From an uncultured delta proteobacterium (GTDB lineage: Bacteria; Desulfobacterota; SM23-61): a DNA stretch of 64,000 bases. Under the pieces are notes generated by a model that saw only the letters and a program-made list of their open reading frames with translations, searched no databases and was not told the DNA's origin. Shown here in pieces: positions 51,011-62,647 of this stretch. Each line of letters begins with the position of its first letter. Positions within the stretch are counted from its first letter, which is position 1. The stretch lies in assembly GCA_963760605.1 (NCBI GenBank), contig CAVXFA010000040.1:16970-80969 (forward strand). The letters are read 5' to 3'. Made by a program: the position numbers and the translations under genes.

Positions 51011-51751
51011 CTAGCCAGTAGTAGCGATTCTGTTTAAGATCCGCTTGGCACTCATTTCCATCTTTTCTTTAAAATCCATAATTCTTGGTCCAAGACGGAA
51101 TTTTGCCCCAAAAATGCTTAAAGCAACCGGACAGAAATAACCCCTAAGGGGAACGGATATTGATATAGCTCCTTCTAACGTCTCACCGGAACTAATGGCA
51201 TATCCTTGCTTCTTTATTTTGTCTAATTCTTGAAACAGATTATTTCGGTCCGTTATGGTATTCGGTCCGACTCGAGTTAATTTTATATTTTTTAGTAAGT
51301 TGTTTAGCTCCTGATCGGTAAGTTCCGACAATAATATTTTCCCGGCAGATCCAGCGTATATTGGAGAAACCGATCCTTTCCCAATGACATATCGAATATT
51401 TTGATTTGCTTGCATTTCCTCCAAGCAAATCCTCTGAGTTCCAACACGGATATGTAGGGCAACGGTTTCCTCGCTGGTCTCTTTTAATTTTTTCATCTCT
51501 TCATAAGCACATACAATTAGGTGTTGGTGGGTATCTAAAGGGTTAGAGGAAAGTTTTATTATCAGATGTCCCAAGAAATATCGGTGGGAAGTCGGATCTT
51601 GAACAACAAATCCACATTTTTCTAAAGTTTTCAGTAATCTATGGGTAGTACTCTTGCTTAAACTTAGCTCTTTACCAATATCTGTTATCCGATTTTTCCC
51701 TACACTTAGCATATTTAGTATTTCCGCGGCACGGTAAACAGAATTTACCAT
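51011..51751 (-). CDS. IclR-family transcriptional regulator
   Basis: N-terminal wHTH and C-terminal IclR effector domain; lies in an AT-rich stretch. Confidence 0.85.
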   Translation of the reverse strand: MVNSVYRAAEILNMLSVGKNRITDIGKELSLSKSTTHRLLKTLEKCGFVVQDPTSHRYFLGHLIIKLSSNPLDTHQHLIVCAYEEMKKLKETSEETVALHIRVGTQRICLEEMQANQNIRYVIGKGSVSPIYAGSAGKILLSELTDQELNNLLKNIKLTRVGPNTITDRNNLFQELDKIKKQGYAISSGETLEGAISISVPLRGYFCPVALSIFGAKFRLGPRIMDFKEKMEMSAKRILNRIATTG

Positions 51752-51911
51752 ATATTTCGCCCTAATGTTTTTGAGTTTACGACGCAAGTCTTTAAAACCG
51801 GAGATAATTTAGATCGTTTACCTTTTAATTCTCGGTATGGAGGTAAATCAAAAATATCCGAAAACCTAATTCTCGGACAAGCTGTAAGCCATGGCGTATA
51901 AAACGCCATCC

Positions 51912-53058
51912 TTAAATTTTGAGTATCGTGACAGCGCAGTTATTGCCAGCTCCGAGAACATGGGCGAGTCCAGCTTTGGCTTGGGGAACCTGCCTTTTGC
52001 CCGCTTCTCCCCGCAATTGACTAACCATCTCGAAGATTTGACCTAAATGAGAAGCACCGATGGGTTCTCCTTTGCTAATTAATCCACCACTCATGTTAAC
52101 CGGATATCTTCCTCCGATTTCCGTTACTCCTTCATCAATAAGACGACCTCCCTCCCCGACTTGGCAAAGGCCTAACTGCTCACAGATTTCAATTTCACAG
52201 AAGGCATCCGTGTCCTGGACTTCAAAACAATTGATATCTTTGGGACCGATTCCCGCTTGCTCGTAAGCTTTTTTACCCGCAACTTCCGTCGGGCCAGGGT
52301 TGGTCGCTTTGGCACTTAAGCTATCCAAGGGGGCCCGAAAATCCGCCGAATAGTAAGCATTCGTAGGAACGCAGGCTGCAATGGTTATCGGTTTGCCCGT
52401 ATATCTTGCGGCCTGATCCTTTGGACAGAGAACCACAGCGGCAGCACCTTCGTTGGGGGCGCAGATTTCCAGAAGATGGATGGGGTCGCAGACCAAAGTA
52501 GAGTTGATGATTTCCTCGACGGTAAATTCTTTCTGGTACATCGCATAGGGATTATGGACGCTATTCTTATGGTTCTTATACGCCACTTTGGCAATCTGTA
52601 AATCGGTTGTCCCATACTCATACATATGTCGTCGCGCCCGCATGGCCCAATAACTCGGATTCGTGTCCATGCCCATTTGAATCTGCCATCTTCTCATAGA
52701 TCATAGAAGGATCCATGAATCCTCGGGGCATTTTTTCTGCCCCCAGAACCATAACGATATTAAAGGCCCCGGACTGAATCCCTAAAATCGCCTGGCTTAA
52801 GGCGATTCCTCCACTCGCACAGGCCGCCTCAATATCGCAAATGGGAATTCCCGTAGCCCCCATAGGCTTTAGGATTCTAGCCCCGGAAGTAGCAGGGAGG
52901 TACATCTTTGAAAGGTAGGCCATTTGGACATCTTTCCACTCTAAATTGGCATCCCGCAGAGCCATTTGGGCTGCCTCTTGGCCCAATTCCAGGTAGGATT
53001 TGGTTTCAAACCTACCGAACTTATGGATCCCTACACCAATGATGGCAATCTCTTTCAT
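51912..53058 (-). pseudogene. SCP2-type thiolase (thiolase-like, DUF35-associated) split by a 1-bp frameshift near 52690-52695
   Basis: N-terminal ORF (52618-53058; contains the catalytic-Cys block CASGGIAL) and C-terminal ORF (51912-52697) overlap by 80 nt. Removing one A in GAGAAGATGG restores the conserved ...IYERWQIQMGMDTNPSYWAMRARRHM stretch. Confidence 0.8.
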
Positions 53059-53069
53059 CTGGGTTCCTC

Positions 53070-53510
53070 CTAAACCGGCCTAAATCGAAAGGCCATAACC
53101 TCGTTTTTATTCTCATCCGTATATAGAGGATACACCTCCAGTTCTAACTCCATGCCAACGCTTATTCTTTTAAGATCGCATTGAATCGGCGATAGGACCC
53201 GAATTCCTTCTGGCAATTCTACAAGTCCCAAGCCAAAAGGTACGAAAGGATCTGGCCCTTTATAATCGCCCGGCGGCTTATGTCTAATGATCGTATAAGT
53301 CCATAATTTTCCCTTTCGGCTAAGAGGTATCTCTTCCAGCTTTTTACTTCCACAGTTTGAGCAGGTCTGCCGTTGGCCTAAGGAAATTTCACTGCAATCT
53401 TTACATTTGCTTCCCATTAACGTTACCTGTTCAACGGGTGCTAAAGGAGTCTTAAATAAACCTTCCCGGATCGGCAATTGTTTCTTTTCGCTTGCATTCA
53501 GAAGCGACAT
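53070..53510 (-). CDS. Zn-ribbon/OB-fold DUF35 protein (thiolase partner)
   Basis: CKDCSEISLGQRQTCSNCGS rubredoxin-like knuckle followed by an OB fold; upstream of and co-oriented with the thiolase. Confidence 0.8.
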   Translation of the reverse strand: MSLLNASEKKQLPIREGLFKTPLAPVEQVTLMGSKCKDCSEISLGQRQTCSNCGSKKLEEIPLSRKGKLWTYTIIRHKPPGDYKGPDPFVPFGLGLVELPEGIRVLSPIQCDLKRISVGMELELEVYPLYTDENKNEVMAFRFRPV

Positions 53511-53571
53511 GTGACGGACCTCCCCTTCAAGAAGAATTTGCGAATACGTCTTCAAGAAATATTTTTCCCTG

Positions 53572-53660
53572 AAAAAATGGGCATTTTCTATCCCAATGAA
53601 TAAAAATCTTTTTTTGAAAAGATCCTCCGATCGAGATGAAAAATGCCCATTTTCTGCCCC
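53572..53660. promoter_or_regulatory. Pair of mutually inverted 16-bp palindrome-like boxes (GAAAAAATGGGCATTTTC / GAAAAATGCCCATTTTC) in the AT-rich leader of the DUF35-thiolase operon
   Basis: Read directly; candidate IclR-type operator. Confidence 0.35.
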
Positions 53661-54218
53661 CTATTAAATGTTTTTTCTGAAAAGCTATTAGGTTCTCAGG
53701 GAAGCTCAATCTACATTTAGGTTTTGCGGGCTAAAAAACTCATTCGGTAAATAAAGTTTAAATAAATAATTATGGAAAAGAAATTCCATCACGCGGAACC
53801 TAACAAATATTCACAGACCTGTCAAGAAAATATTTACTGATGGATCGTATCCCAATCAGTCGATAGAAAAAAGGTAGGTGAAGATGCCCGGCGGGAAAAA
53901 CCCGGCCACCCTTATAGGAAGCTTGCCCGGGATCAATCCTGGTGAAGTTCTGGAGTTGTTGGGAGAATGGAGCAGGCAGAGAAATCAATAAGTCTCATCG
54001 ATGGCAGGAAACTCAATTGGCGCGATGTAGGAAATGGAATCCCTGAGATTTATCTGTCTGGGAAAAAAATGCCTAAGTGTCATTTTTTACCTGGGGCAGC
54101 ACGTTGAGAGAATTCTTGAAATACTCATTGTTATAATAGGCAGTTATCAAATGAGAAGCCTTTGCTGGCACATTTTATGCAGACCTACTTTTCAAATATC
54201 TTCGATAAGGAGTTCCTG

Positions 54219-55040
54219 ATGATTTCTCAACTTATATTTTCAATCCTCCTCTCGATCATGATTTTCTTCACGGCCTTTAATTGGAAGGTTGGGGAAATGG
54301 GATTGGCCTCCAACCTGAATGCCCTTATGATCGTATTGGGTGGGACTTTTGCCGCTACCCTCATCGCCTATCCCTGGGAAAAGATCACCTGGACCCTTCG
54401 ACTCCTTAAGAAGGCTTTCCTCGCGCAGAAGGAAATCGATTGGACGATAAAAAAGATAGTTGACTTAGCCCGGGCCTATCGGCAGGGGGGCATTCGTACC
54501 TTGGAACAGCAGGGAGAAGAATTGTCCCAAGGTCTTCTAAAGACTTCGATAGAACTGATCGCCTTTCAATGCTCGCGGGAAAAAATCGAACAGATTGTGC
54601 AAAAGGAGGCCCAACTGACTCATGGCCAATACGAGACCGGCTATAAAATCCTTTACAGCATGGCGCGGCTTGCTCCGGCACTAGGTTTGACCGGGACCAT
54701 CATTACTCTAATCCGCGTTTTTGGGCACATTACAGACCCTAAGAGTCTTGTTGAATATATGGCCATTGCTCTCTTGAACACTTTTTATGGGGTTGTCCTA
54801 GCCAACCTCTGCTTTGTCCCTCTGTCCAATAAGCTTAGGGAATTTATGGACCACGAGGCGATACGGCTGGAACTGATTCAGGAAGGTATCTTGGATCTCT
54901 ACGATAAAGAAAACCCCAGAGCCATACAGTTCAAATTGGAAGCCCTTTCTGCTGCCGTCATGAGGCCCAATCCAACCAGAAGACGGCCTGAATTTGTCTC
55001 GATCCCTGCCAAGAAACGGGCCTCTTCAGTGGCATCATGA
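54219..55040 (+). CDS. motA: MotA/PomA-family stator (proton-channel) protein
   Basis: 4 TM helices with the conserved C-terminal plug/TM3-4 region of MotA/TolQ/ExbB proteins. Confidence 0.75.
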   Translation: MISQLIFSILLSIMIFFTAFNWKVGEMGLASNLNALMIVLGGTFAATLIAYPWEKITWTLRLLKKAFLAQKEIDWTIKKIVDLARAYRQGGIRTLEQQGEELSQGLLKTSIELIAFQCSREKIEQIVQKEAQLTHGQYETGYKILYSMARLAPALGLTGTIITLIRVFGHITDPKSLVEYMAIALLNTFYGVVLANLCFVPLSNKLREFMDHEAIRLELIQEGILDLYDKENPRAIQFKLEALSAAVMRPNPTRRRPEFVSIPAKKRASSVAS

Positions 55041-55807
55041 AAGAGTTACTGATTCATCCACCTCCGCGAGAAAATGCTTCCGAATGGCTACCCTTGAAAA
55101 GGACTTGGCCCAACCCGTTAGGGTCTCAGAATAAACAGACCGGGGCAGAGAAAGGACACGATCTCTGGTTGTTGACCCTTAGTGATCTGCTCCTTCTCCT
55201 CATGATCTTTTTCGTCCTTCTTTTTGGAATGACGCTTCACCAGCAATACCAAGGATCTCATTCTCTACCCCAAGTGGCAGTCCCGAGGAAGTCCCAAGAA
55301 ACCCCTGTTGAGATGGGGCCAGCCGTCGTTCCGGACTTCGCTTCCAAAGGAATACTCGCTTCTCTCGAAACGGATCTGCGGGCGATTTTGGGCGATGAGG
55401 AGGGTAAGGAGGAAGTAAGTTTAACGCGCCAGGCTGACCATCTCATCTTAACCTTTCCTGAAAGGATCATCTTTGATCCTGGCCGGGCGCAGCTTAAACC
55501 TTCCGTCCAACCCATTTTAAATAAGGTATCTTCCTTGGCCTTGGCGCATCCTCATCTTTTTGTAGAAGTGCAGGGTCATACAGATGACAAGCCGATCAAC
55601 ACCAAGCGCTATCCATCAAACTGGGAGCTCTCGGTGGATCGAGCTACCCAAGTAGTTAAAGCGCTCATCGGTTTGGGCCTCGATCCCGCTCAGATCTCGG
55701 TGAAAGGGTTTGGAGAATATCGAACTCTTTATCCGAATGACAGTGATTCAAACAGGCACAAAAATCGACGGGTCGAGATTCAATTTTCTCTCGCACGCCA
55801 ATTTTGA
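55037..55807 (+). CDS. motB: MotB-family stator protein with OmpA-like peptidoglycan-binding domain
   Basis: 256 aa; single TM with the conserved Asp region (LSDLLLLLMIFF) and an OmpA domain (NRRVEI); 4-nt overlap with motA. Confidence 0.8.
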   Translation: MKELLIHPPPRENASEWLPLKRTWPNPLGSQNKQTGAEKGHDLWLLTLSDLLLLLMIFFVLLFGMTLHQQYQGSHSLPQVAVPRKSQETPVEMGPAVVPDFASKGILASLETDLRAILGDEEGKEEVSLTRQADHLILTFPERIIFDPGRAQLKPSVQPILNKVSSLALAHPHLFVEVQGHTDDKPINTKRYPSNWELSVDRATQVVKALIGLGLDPAQISVKGFGEYRTLYPNDSDSNRHKNRRVEIQFSLARQF

Positions 55808-55932
55808 TTCTCTGTCATTTTCTTCAGGCTCAGGAGGCAATTTTTTCCCATTTCGCGAAAAATCTCGCTCCTAAATTTCTAAACCTCATAATCATATAAC
55901 CTATCAGGTCAGATTGAAACCCCCCAAGTAGA

Positions 55933-57668
55933 ACCTTAATCCGTAATCAAATTGCTTGACAGGAAAAGAGAACACCTCCTAGGATAGCATAAACAGTAGC
56001 TACAAATGAGGTTGAACCACTCAACCTTTGCTTCACCCAGGAGGTGCAGGATGAATATAGCACAAGGCGTCCTTCCTTTCCAGCTCATTCCCGATACTTC
56101 TAAAGTCCTGATTACTTCCTTCGGAGGCCTTCCTTTGGTCATGGAAACCTTTCGGGCTTTGGGTCTTCCCCAGTCGGTGCAGAAGTATCTTCCCCTTCTG
56201 CAAAGGCAAGTGAAGTATGAAGAGGCCGATTATGTGGAGTCTTTCCTTTCCCTCTTTGCGGCGGGGGGAGATTGTTTGGATGATTTTCGTATTTTGCGTC
56301 AGGATGCGGCTTTGCAGAAGTTGGGTCTGAAGGTCCCTTCTCCCGAGGCTGCCCGGTTCTTTCTGAATGCTTTTCATGAACCGGAAGCTTTGCCAGGGCG
56401 AGGCCCCCATCAGGCCTTGATTCCGGAAGAGACGGATTTGCTTCAGGGATTGGGAGCGGTCAACCGGGATTTGATTCGCAAAGCTACTGCCCAGGAGCAG
56501 CCCTGGAAGGCCACGATTGATTTGGATGCCACGGTGATGGAGAGTGATAAACGGGAAGCTTATTACACCTATTTGGGGGTTCGGGGATATCAGCCGGTCA
56601 TCGCCTATTGGGCCGAGCTGGATTTGATTCTGATGGATCAGTTTCGGGATGGGAATGTGCCGGCGGGGATGGGGTTGTTGGCGGTTTTGCAGAAGGCCAT
56701 CCAGGCTTTGCCGGCCTCCGTCCGCCTGATCCGGGTTCGTTCCGATGCGGCGGCTTATGTTCATGAGTTTTTGGATTGGTGTCGGGAAGAAGTGGAAGGC
56801 AGACCTTCGGTGGAGTTTGCCATCAGTGCGGATATGACCGAGGAGTTGCGGGCGGCCATTCAGGCCCTTCCCGAGGAAGCCTGGAAACCCTTGCGCAAGA
56901 TTAGCGAGAAGGGGTTGGTCTGGGGGAGGAAAGAGTGGGCCGAGGTGGAGTTTATCCCGAGTCGGCCTTCCCGGAAGAAAGGGATGAAGCCGGATCGGTA
57001 TCTGGCCATTCGGATTCGGCCGGTGCAGGGAGAGCTGTTTACCGATGGGAATCCGTACCATTATTTTGCCGTGGTCACCAATATGTGGAGTTGGGATGGA
57101 GAAAGGCTGTTGCGGTGGCAAAGGGAGCGTTGTGGAACCGTAGAGCAGGTCCTCGATGTGCTGAAGAATGACCTGGCGGGTGGAAGTTTGCCTTGTTGGC
57201 GCTTCTTTGCCGACGCCGCTTGGTTTCGTCTGAATGTTTTGGCTTATAATGTCCTTTCGGTGATGAAGAGACAGAGTTTGCCCCAGTTTTGGTGGGCGGC
57301 TCGGCTGAAGGCGTTGCGCTTTCATTTGTTGCACTTGGCGGCTCGGGTCATTGTTCATGGGCGGAGAATTTATCTCAAGGTTGCTGGAGATCATCCCAGT
57401 TTTGCACTCTATCAAGAGGCGCGAAGAAAGCTCCTGATCTTCTCCTCGGCTTAATCGACCTTTTTTCCTTGGAAAATCTTCCTTCTTTAAGGCCCTGTCC
57501 TTGGGGTCGGTGGAGAGGTGTTTGCAAACTCTGAAAAAAGCCTCTTCGTCTCCTCTTTGAACTCTCTCTTTTTATTCTCCCAAACCTATACCTGAAAAAG
57601 AACTTCCCCAAATCTCCCTTTTTCGCTCCCAATTATCCCCTTTAAAAAATTTGATTACGGATTAAGGT
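55933..57668 (+). mobile_element. IS1380-family insertion sequence with 21-bp perfect terminal inverted repeats (ACCTTAATCCGTAATCAAATT)
   Basis: Inverted repeats read directly at 55933-55953 and 57648-57668, bracketing a single DDE transposase gene. Confidence 0.8.
56051..57454 (+). CDS. IS1380-family DDE transposase
   Basis: About 467 aa; IS1380-like conserved blocks (ITSFGGLPLV, IDLDATV, YLGVRGYQP). Confidence 0.85.
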   Translation: MNIAQGVLPFQLIPDTSKVLITSFGGLPLVMETFRALGLPQSVQKYLPLLQRQVKYEEADYVESFLSLFAAGGDCLDDFRILRQDAALQKLGLKVPSPEAARFFLNAFHEPEALPGRGPHQALIPEETDLLQGLGAVNRDLIRKATAQEQPWKATIDLDATVMESDKREAYYTYLGVRGYQPVIAYWAELDLILMDQFRDGNVPAGMGLLAVLQKAIQALPASVRLIRVRSDAAAYVHEFLDWCREEVEGRPSVEFAISADMTEELRAAIQALPEEAWKPLRKISEKGLVWGRKEWAEVEFIPSRPSRKKGMKPDRYLAIRIRPVQGELFTDGNPYHYFAVVTNMWSWDGERLLRWQRERCGTVEQVLDVLKNDLAGGSLPCWRFFADAAWFRLNVLAYNVLSVMKRQSLPQFWWAARLKALRFHLLHLAARVIVHGRRIYLKVAGDHPSFALYQEARRKLLIFSSA

Positions 57669-57797
57669 CTTTCTTACTTCGATTTTTGATAAAGCGATTC
57701 ATTCTTCACTCTTCTGGGAGTTATGTGCTAAGCTGTTACCTCATTGCGCCCAGTTTGGTAAAGCGATTCCAAAATCTTGAAGGAGAGATCATCACTT

Positions 57798-59405
57798 ATG
57801 GAAATCATCAAAACAGATATCCTGGTCATCGGAGGGGGAGGGGCGGGCATGAGGGCCGCGCTGGCTGCAAAAGAAAAAGGGCCTGAAGTTTTCCTGGCCT
57901 CGAAAACTCCGATTGGAAAATCCACCTGCACATATTTATCGGGAGGGGCTTTCTTGGTTGCGGCTGAAGGGGTATCCAAAGAAACCCACTTTAATCTAAC
58001 GCTGCAGGCGGGAAAGGGGATAAACTCGCGAGAACTTGTGAAAATCTTGGTAGAGGAGGCCCCAGAGCGCATTCGGGAAATGGAGCGTTTCGGACTGGTT
58101 GGGGAATGGCGAAAAGGGCGATTTTCCTGCTTGGGTAAACCACCGGCTTGGGGTGCTCCTTTGGCTGATGTTCTCGCGAATGCTCTCCAAAGGCAGGGCG
58201 TTTCTATTTTTCCCTGGGTGATGGTCTTCGATCTTTTGATTGAGGAGGGGAAAGCTGTCGGAGCTCTGGCATTCGATTTTCGTAAGGGGAAGCCGTTAGC
58301 TTTGGCGAGTAAGGCGCTCGTGCTGGCCAATGGAGGGGGAGGAGCGCTCTATCGGCGGCATGACAATCCTGTGCGCACCACCGGGGATGGTTATGCGTTG
58401 GCGTTCCTAGCTGGCTGTCGGTTGAGGGATATGGAGTTCGTGCAATTCATGCCTTCTGGATTGGCTGAGTCTGGGAAACCCATCCTTATTATTGCCCCAA
58501 CCATCTGTGACGTCGGCAGGGTGATCAATGCCGTGGGGGAGGACATCCTAAAAAAATATCAGATCACTGAAAAGCCAGTGGCCATTAGGGCCAGAGACTC
58601 GTTCTCGCTGGCCATTTTCAAGGAAGAAGCAGAAGGAAGGAATGTCTTTCTCGACCTGACGTCCGTCTCAGAAATAGATTGGCCCCAGGATAACATGGCG
58701 CAGAGCCAGCGGGAAATTTTGATGAAAAACTTTTCCGGTTCCCAGAAACCCCTGCGCATCTCCCCTATGTGCCACCATTTCATGGGGGGGGTTGTGACTG
58801 ATCAGAACGGGGCGACGGAAATTCCCGGGCTTTTCGCTGCCGGGGAGGTAGTCGGAGGGGTTCACGGAGCAAACCGCATGGGCGGAAATGCCCTTGATGA
58901 GATATTGGTCTTTGGGTACAGGGCGGGAGGAGCAGCGGCGGATTGGGCCAAAAAACAAACTTGGAATAAATATACTGAATCTTTGATCGGCGAGCGCTTG
59001 GGAGCATTTCTTAGGAAGCCAAGGAGATCAGCGCAGGGATCGCGACCGAAGATTCTCAGGAAAATGATCGGAGAGATCCTCTGGGAGCAAAGTGGGATCT
59101 TAAGAGATGAGAAAGGCTTGGTAAACGCCATGGAATCGCTGCAACGGATTCGAGCCAAAAACCTTCCAGAGATAAAAGCCGAGACACCGAAGGAGATCCT
59201 GGAGGCGATGGAGATGGAGAATGCCCTGTGGGTTGGAGAAATGATCACCCGCAGCGCTTTGACACGGAAGGAAAGCCGGGGAGCTCATTTCCGGAAGGAT
59301 TTCCCCAAGACGGATGACCAAAACTGGAAAGGAAATATTTTCCTTAAGAAAACGGAGGACGGGATGTCTCTCGATTTTCGCCCCCTGCCGGAAAAAATTC
59401 CTTGA
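57798..59405 (+). CDS. FAD-binding flavoprotein of the fumarate reductase/succinate dehydrogenase (L-aspartate oxidase-like) family
   Basis: Dinucleotide-binding ILVIGGGGAGMRAA; C-terminal catalytic Arg region (ESRGAHFRKDFP). Confidence 0.8.
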   Translation: MEIIKTDILVIGGGGAGMRAALAAKEKGPEVFLASKTPIGKSTCTYLSGGAFLVAAEGVSKETHFNLTLQAGKGINSRELVKILVEEAPERIREMERFGLVGEWRKGRFSCLGKPPAWGAPLADVLANALQRQGVSIFPWVMVFDLLIEEGKAVGALAFDFRKGKPLALASKALVLANGGGGALYRRHDNPVRTTGDGYALAFLAGCRLRDMEFVQFMPSGLAESGKPILIIAPTICDVGRVINAVGEDILKKYQITEKPVAIRARDSFSLAIFKEEAEGRNVFLDLTSVSEIDWPQDNMAQSQREILMKNFSGSQKPLRISPMCHHFMGGVVTDQNGATEIPGLFAAGEVVGGVHGANRMGGNALDEILVFGYRAGGAAADWAKKQTWNKYTESLIGERLGAFLRKPRRSAQGSRPKILRKMIGEILWEQSGILRDEKGLVNAMESLQRIRAKNLPEIKAETPKEILEAMEMENALWVGEMITRSALTRKESRGAHFRKDFPKTDDQNWKGNIFLKKTEDGMSLDFRPLPEKIP

Positions 59406-59629
59406 AACCTCTTTGCTTCATGCTAAGATATTTTCGGCCGCAGATAAACGCAGAATATAAAGATCTTAAATATTGAGAGGCTAGAAGTAATTTAGCGCTT
59501 TTTATTTTGGCTTTTACACTGCGAGAATCGACGAAGATCGGCGTCCTAATTTAATAAGAAAAACCTTGAATGTGTTGAAATTTCGCCTTTAAAAACTTTA
59601 GCTACTGTATTTCATGTCAAGGGAAAAAA

Positions 59630-60712
<1,083 letters not shown>

Positions 60713-60854
60713 CTAATATGTTTTACAAATTGTTTGGGCTATCCACAAGGGATTTTTCCCAAAAACGGAGACGCCAATCGATTTCTAAATAACTGACTTT
60801 TAATATACAAGGCACTTTAGCGCACTTTCGGCATTTCAGGCACTTATTTTGAAA

Positions 60855-60931
60855 GCCCCCGTAGCTCAGGTGGATAGAGCAAGGGATTCCTAATCCCTGC
60901 GCCCCGTGTTCGAGTCACGGCGGGGGCACCA
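60855..60931 (+). tRNA. tRNA-Arg (anticodon CCU), CCA encoded
   Basis: Hand-folded cloverleaf: acceptor GCCCCCG/CGGGGGC, D-arm GCTC/GAGC, anticodon stem AGGGA/TCCCT with loop TTCCTAA, T-arm CCGTG-TTCGAGT-CACGG, discriminator A plus CCA. Confidence 0.9.
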
Positions 60932-61391
60932 AATAAAATCAAAAGGTTAGATAAATAATATAAATAAAATTTTTTCTTTATTCTGATCCATTTATTCCTT
61001 TAGCCCCATAAGGGCCCCACATATTTTGGTAAATTAGAGTAAAGAGAAGTAAGGAAGAGTCTCGCCCCATACTGCGACTGTTATAATCCTCTCCGCCGCA
61101 TCTACAAAATAATCTCCACTCCAAACAGCATCCACCCGCTCCTTATCCTTCCCAGATCTATCCTCTGGCCAAAGTGCTGTGGAGCACCGCTCAGAGCATC
61201 AATTCAGAACCGCGGCAAGATGGGATTCCGGGACTGGACAGGTTTTGGTGCTCAAATTGGGTGCTTCTAAGATTCGATCTGAAGGAATCGCTCTCTTTAA
61301 GGGATAGCTTTCTCCCAAGGTAGGTGCTATTAGGATCTGATCTGAACCAGCTCTGGCCGGTAGAAACAGAATAGAACCCAACCACTGCATT

Positions 61392-61730
61392 CTATTTTTT
61401 CTTTGGAACGATTGCGTCCTTTGCTGCTTTTGCCACCCACATCTTGCCCATCCTCTTAGCCGGTCTCTTGATCTCCGCCCCTGTCGACGGATTGCCTCCG
61501 AGATGCGAGTTAGGATTCGATAGGGCCAGTTTTCGGGTACCAGCAATAAAGGAGCGGGGATTCTTGGATTGGGGGGTGGCCAGTAGCACGGGTGTAGCAA
61601 GGACTGTTGATACCGTCTTGTGGGAAACTCGGATTTTTTTCATGAGCCCAAATAGCGCTATGAAGAGCTATTGGAACTCGGAGATTCGTTGCTTCCTCTT
61701 ATGGTGGATTCGGAGATCAATAGCTGACGT
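61392..61730 (-). pseudogene. Degraded paralog of the HU gene (internal stop/frameshift)
   Basis: The 83-aa ORF aligns by eye to the C-terminal two-thirds of the HU at 62174-62473 (...NPSTGAEIKRPAKRMGKMWVAKAAKDAIVPKKK versus ...NPATGEAIKIPAKTVVKMRIAKAAKEAIVPGKK). The N-terminal third (MTRKRQLLISE...) lies in another frame, fused to the ORF at 61658-61921. Confidence 0.5.
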
Positions 61731-62173
61731 TTTCTTGTCATGCCCCGGATGGTTTCATTTATGGCTTTTGCTCCCCTATCCAGCTCATCGAATTTTGCGT
61801 CCTTCCCCCTAATTTCTGAATCTCCCCGGCAGGGCTGGAGGCGGAGGACAGCTTGATCCTTTTGTATCTCGGCCAGTTCTTTTTGCAGATCCCGTATTTG
61901 ATTTTCGAGTTGCTTGATCATTTTTCCTTAGGTTTGGCCACCTTGACCTTAGGCCGAAGGCAGGGGTCCACGAAAAATATCACTCGTTTATAAAAAATTA
62001 CTAGATGGATGATGGGGAGGCCTTCATGGAGAAAATTTACAGCCCTTCCATGACGTCGAGTCAAAAATGATCGCCCATCGCACCAAGGATTTTGAAAAAG
62101 TACAACAAAAGGACAACAGGCCCCGGTCGGCCAAAACCGACCTTTACTGATGGAAAAGACCTGCGCTGGTGTC

Positions 62174-62473
62174 CTATTTCTTTCCCGGTACAATCGCCTC
62201 TTTAGCCGCTTTTGCTATCCTCATTTTTACAACTGTCTTAGCAGGTATCTTGATCGCTTCACCAGTAGCTGGATTGCGACCCATGCGAGCTTTCCTCTTC
62301 ACCAGCACCAGTTTCCCGATTCCAGGAAGGGTAAAGGAGCCGGTCTTCTTGGTTTCGGAAACTGCCAGCGCTGCAACCTCGTCAATAATCTCTGAGGCGG
62401 TCTTTTTCGTGAGCTCAAATTTTCCTGAAAAATGGGATATGATTTGTCCTTTGGTCATGGGTTTTTTAGCCAT
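62174..62473 (-). CDS. hup: DNA-binding protein HU (with Lys-rich C-terminal extension)
   Basis: 99 aa; HU/IHF arm motif (GRNPATGEAIKIPA). Confidence 0.9.
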   Translation of the reverse strand: MAKKPMTKGQIISHFSGKFELTKKTASEIIDEVAALAVSETKKTGSFTLPGIGKLVLVKRKARMGRNPATGEAIKIPAKTVVKMRIAKAAKEAIVPGKK

Positions 62474-62647
62474 TTTTACCTCCTATTGGGATGGGATATA
62501 AAGCTGGATAAGGGGAGTATATTGGAAAGAGGAATGGGAAGCAAGCGGAAAAGTTCTCCTGGTCCATTGTTTCACGACCCTCACTAGAATCAAATTCGAA
62601 TCGGGATCCCTTCAGCGTTGTCCCTGAATATGTTTTGGCATCCCATA

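Noticed and set aside
54162-55807. MotAB pair as a Zorya anti-phage system
   Set aside because: MotA is normal-sized (about 270 aa) with no long cytoplasmic ZorA tail, and no ZorC/ZorD-like genes follow (an IS1380 and a flavoprotein gene do). Retained only as an orphan stator observation.
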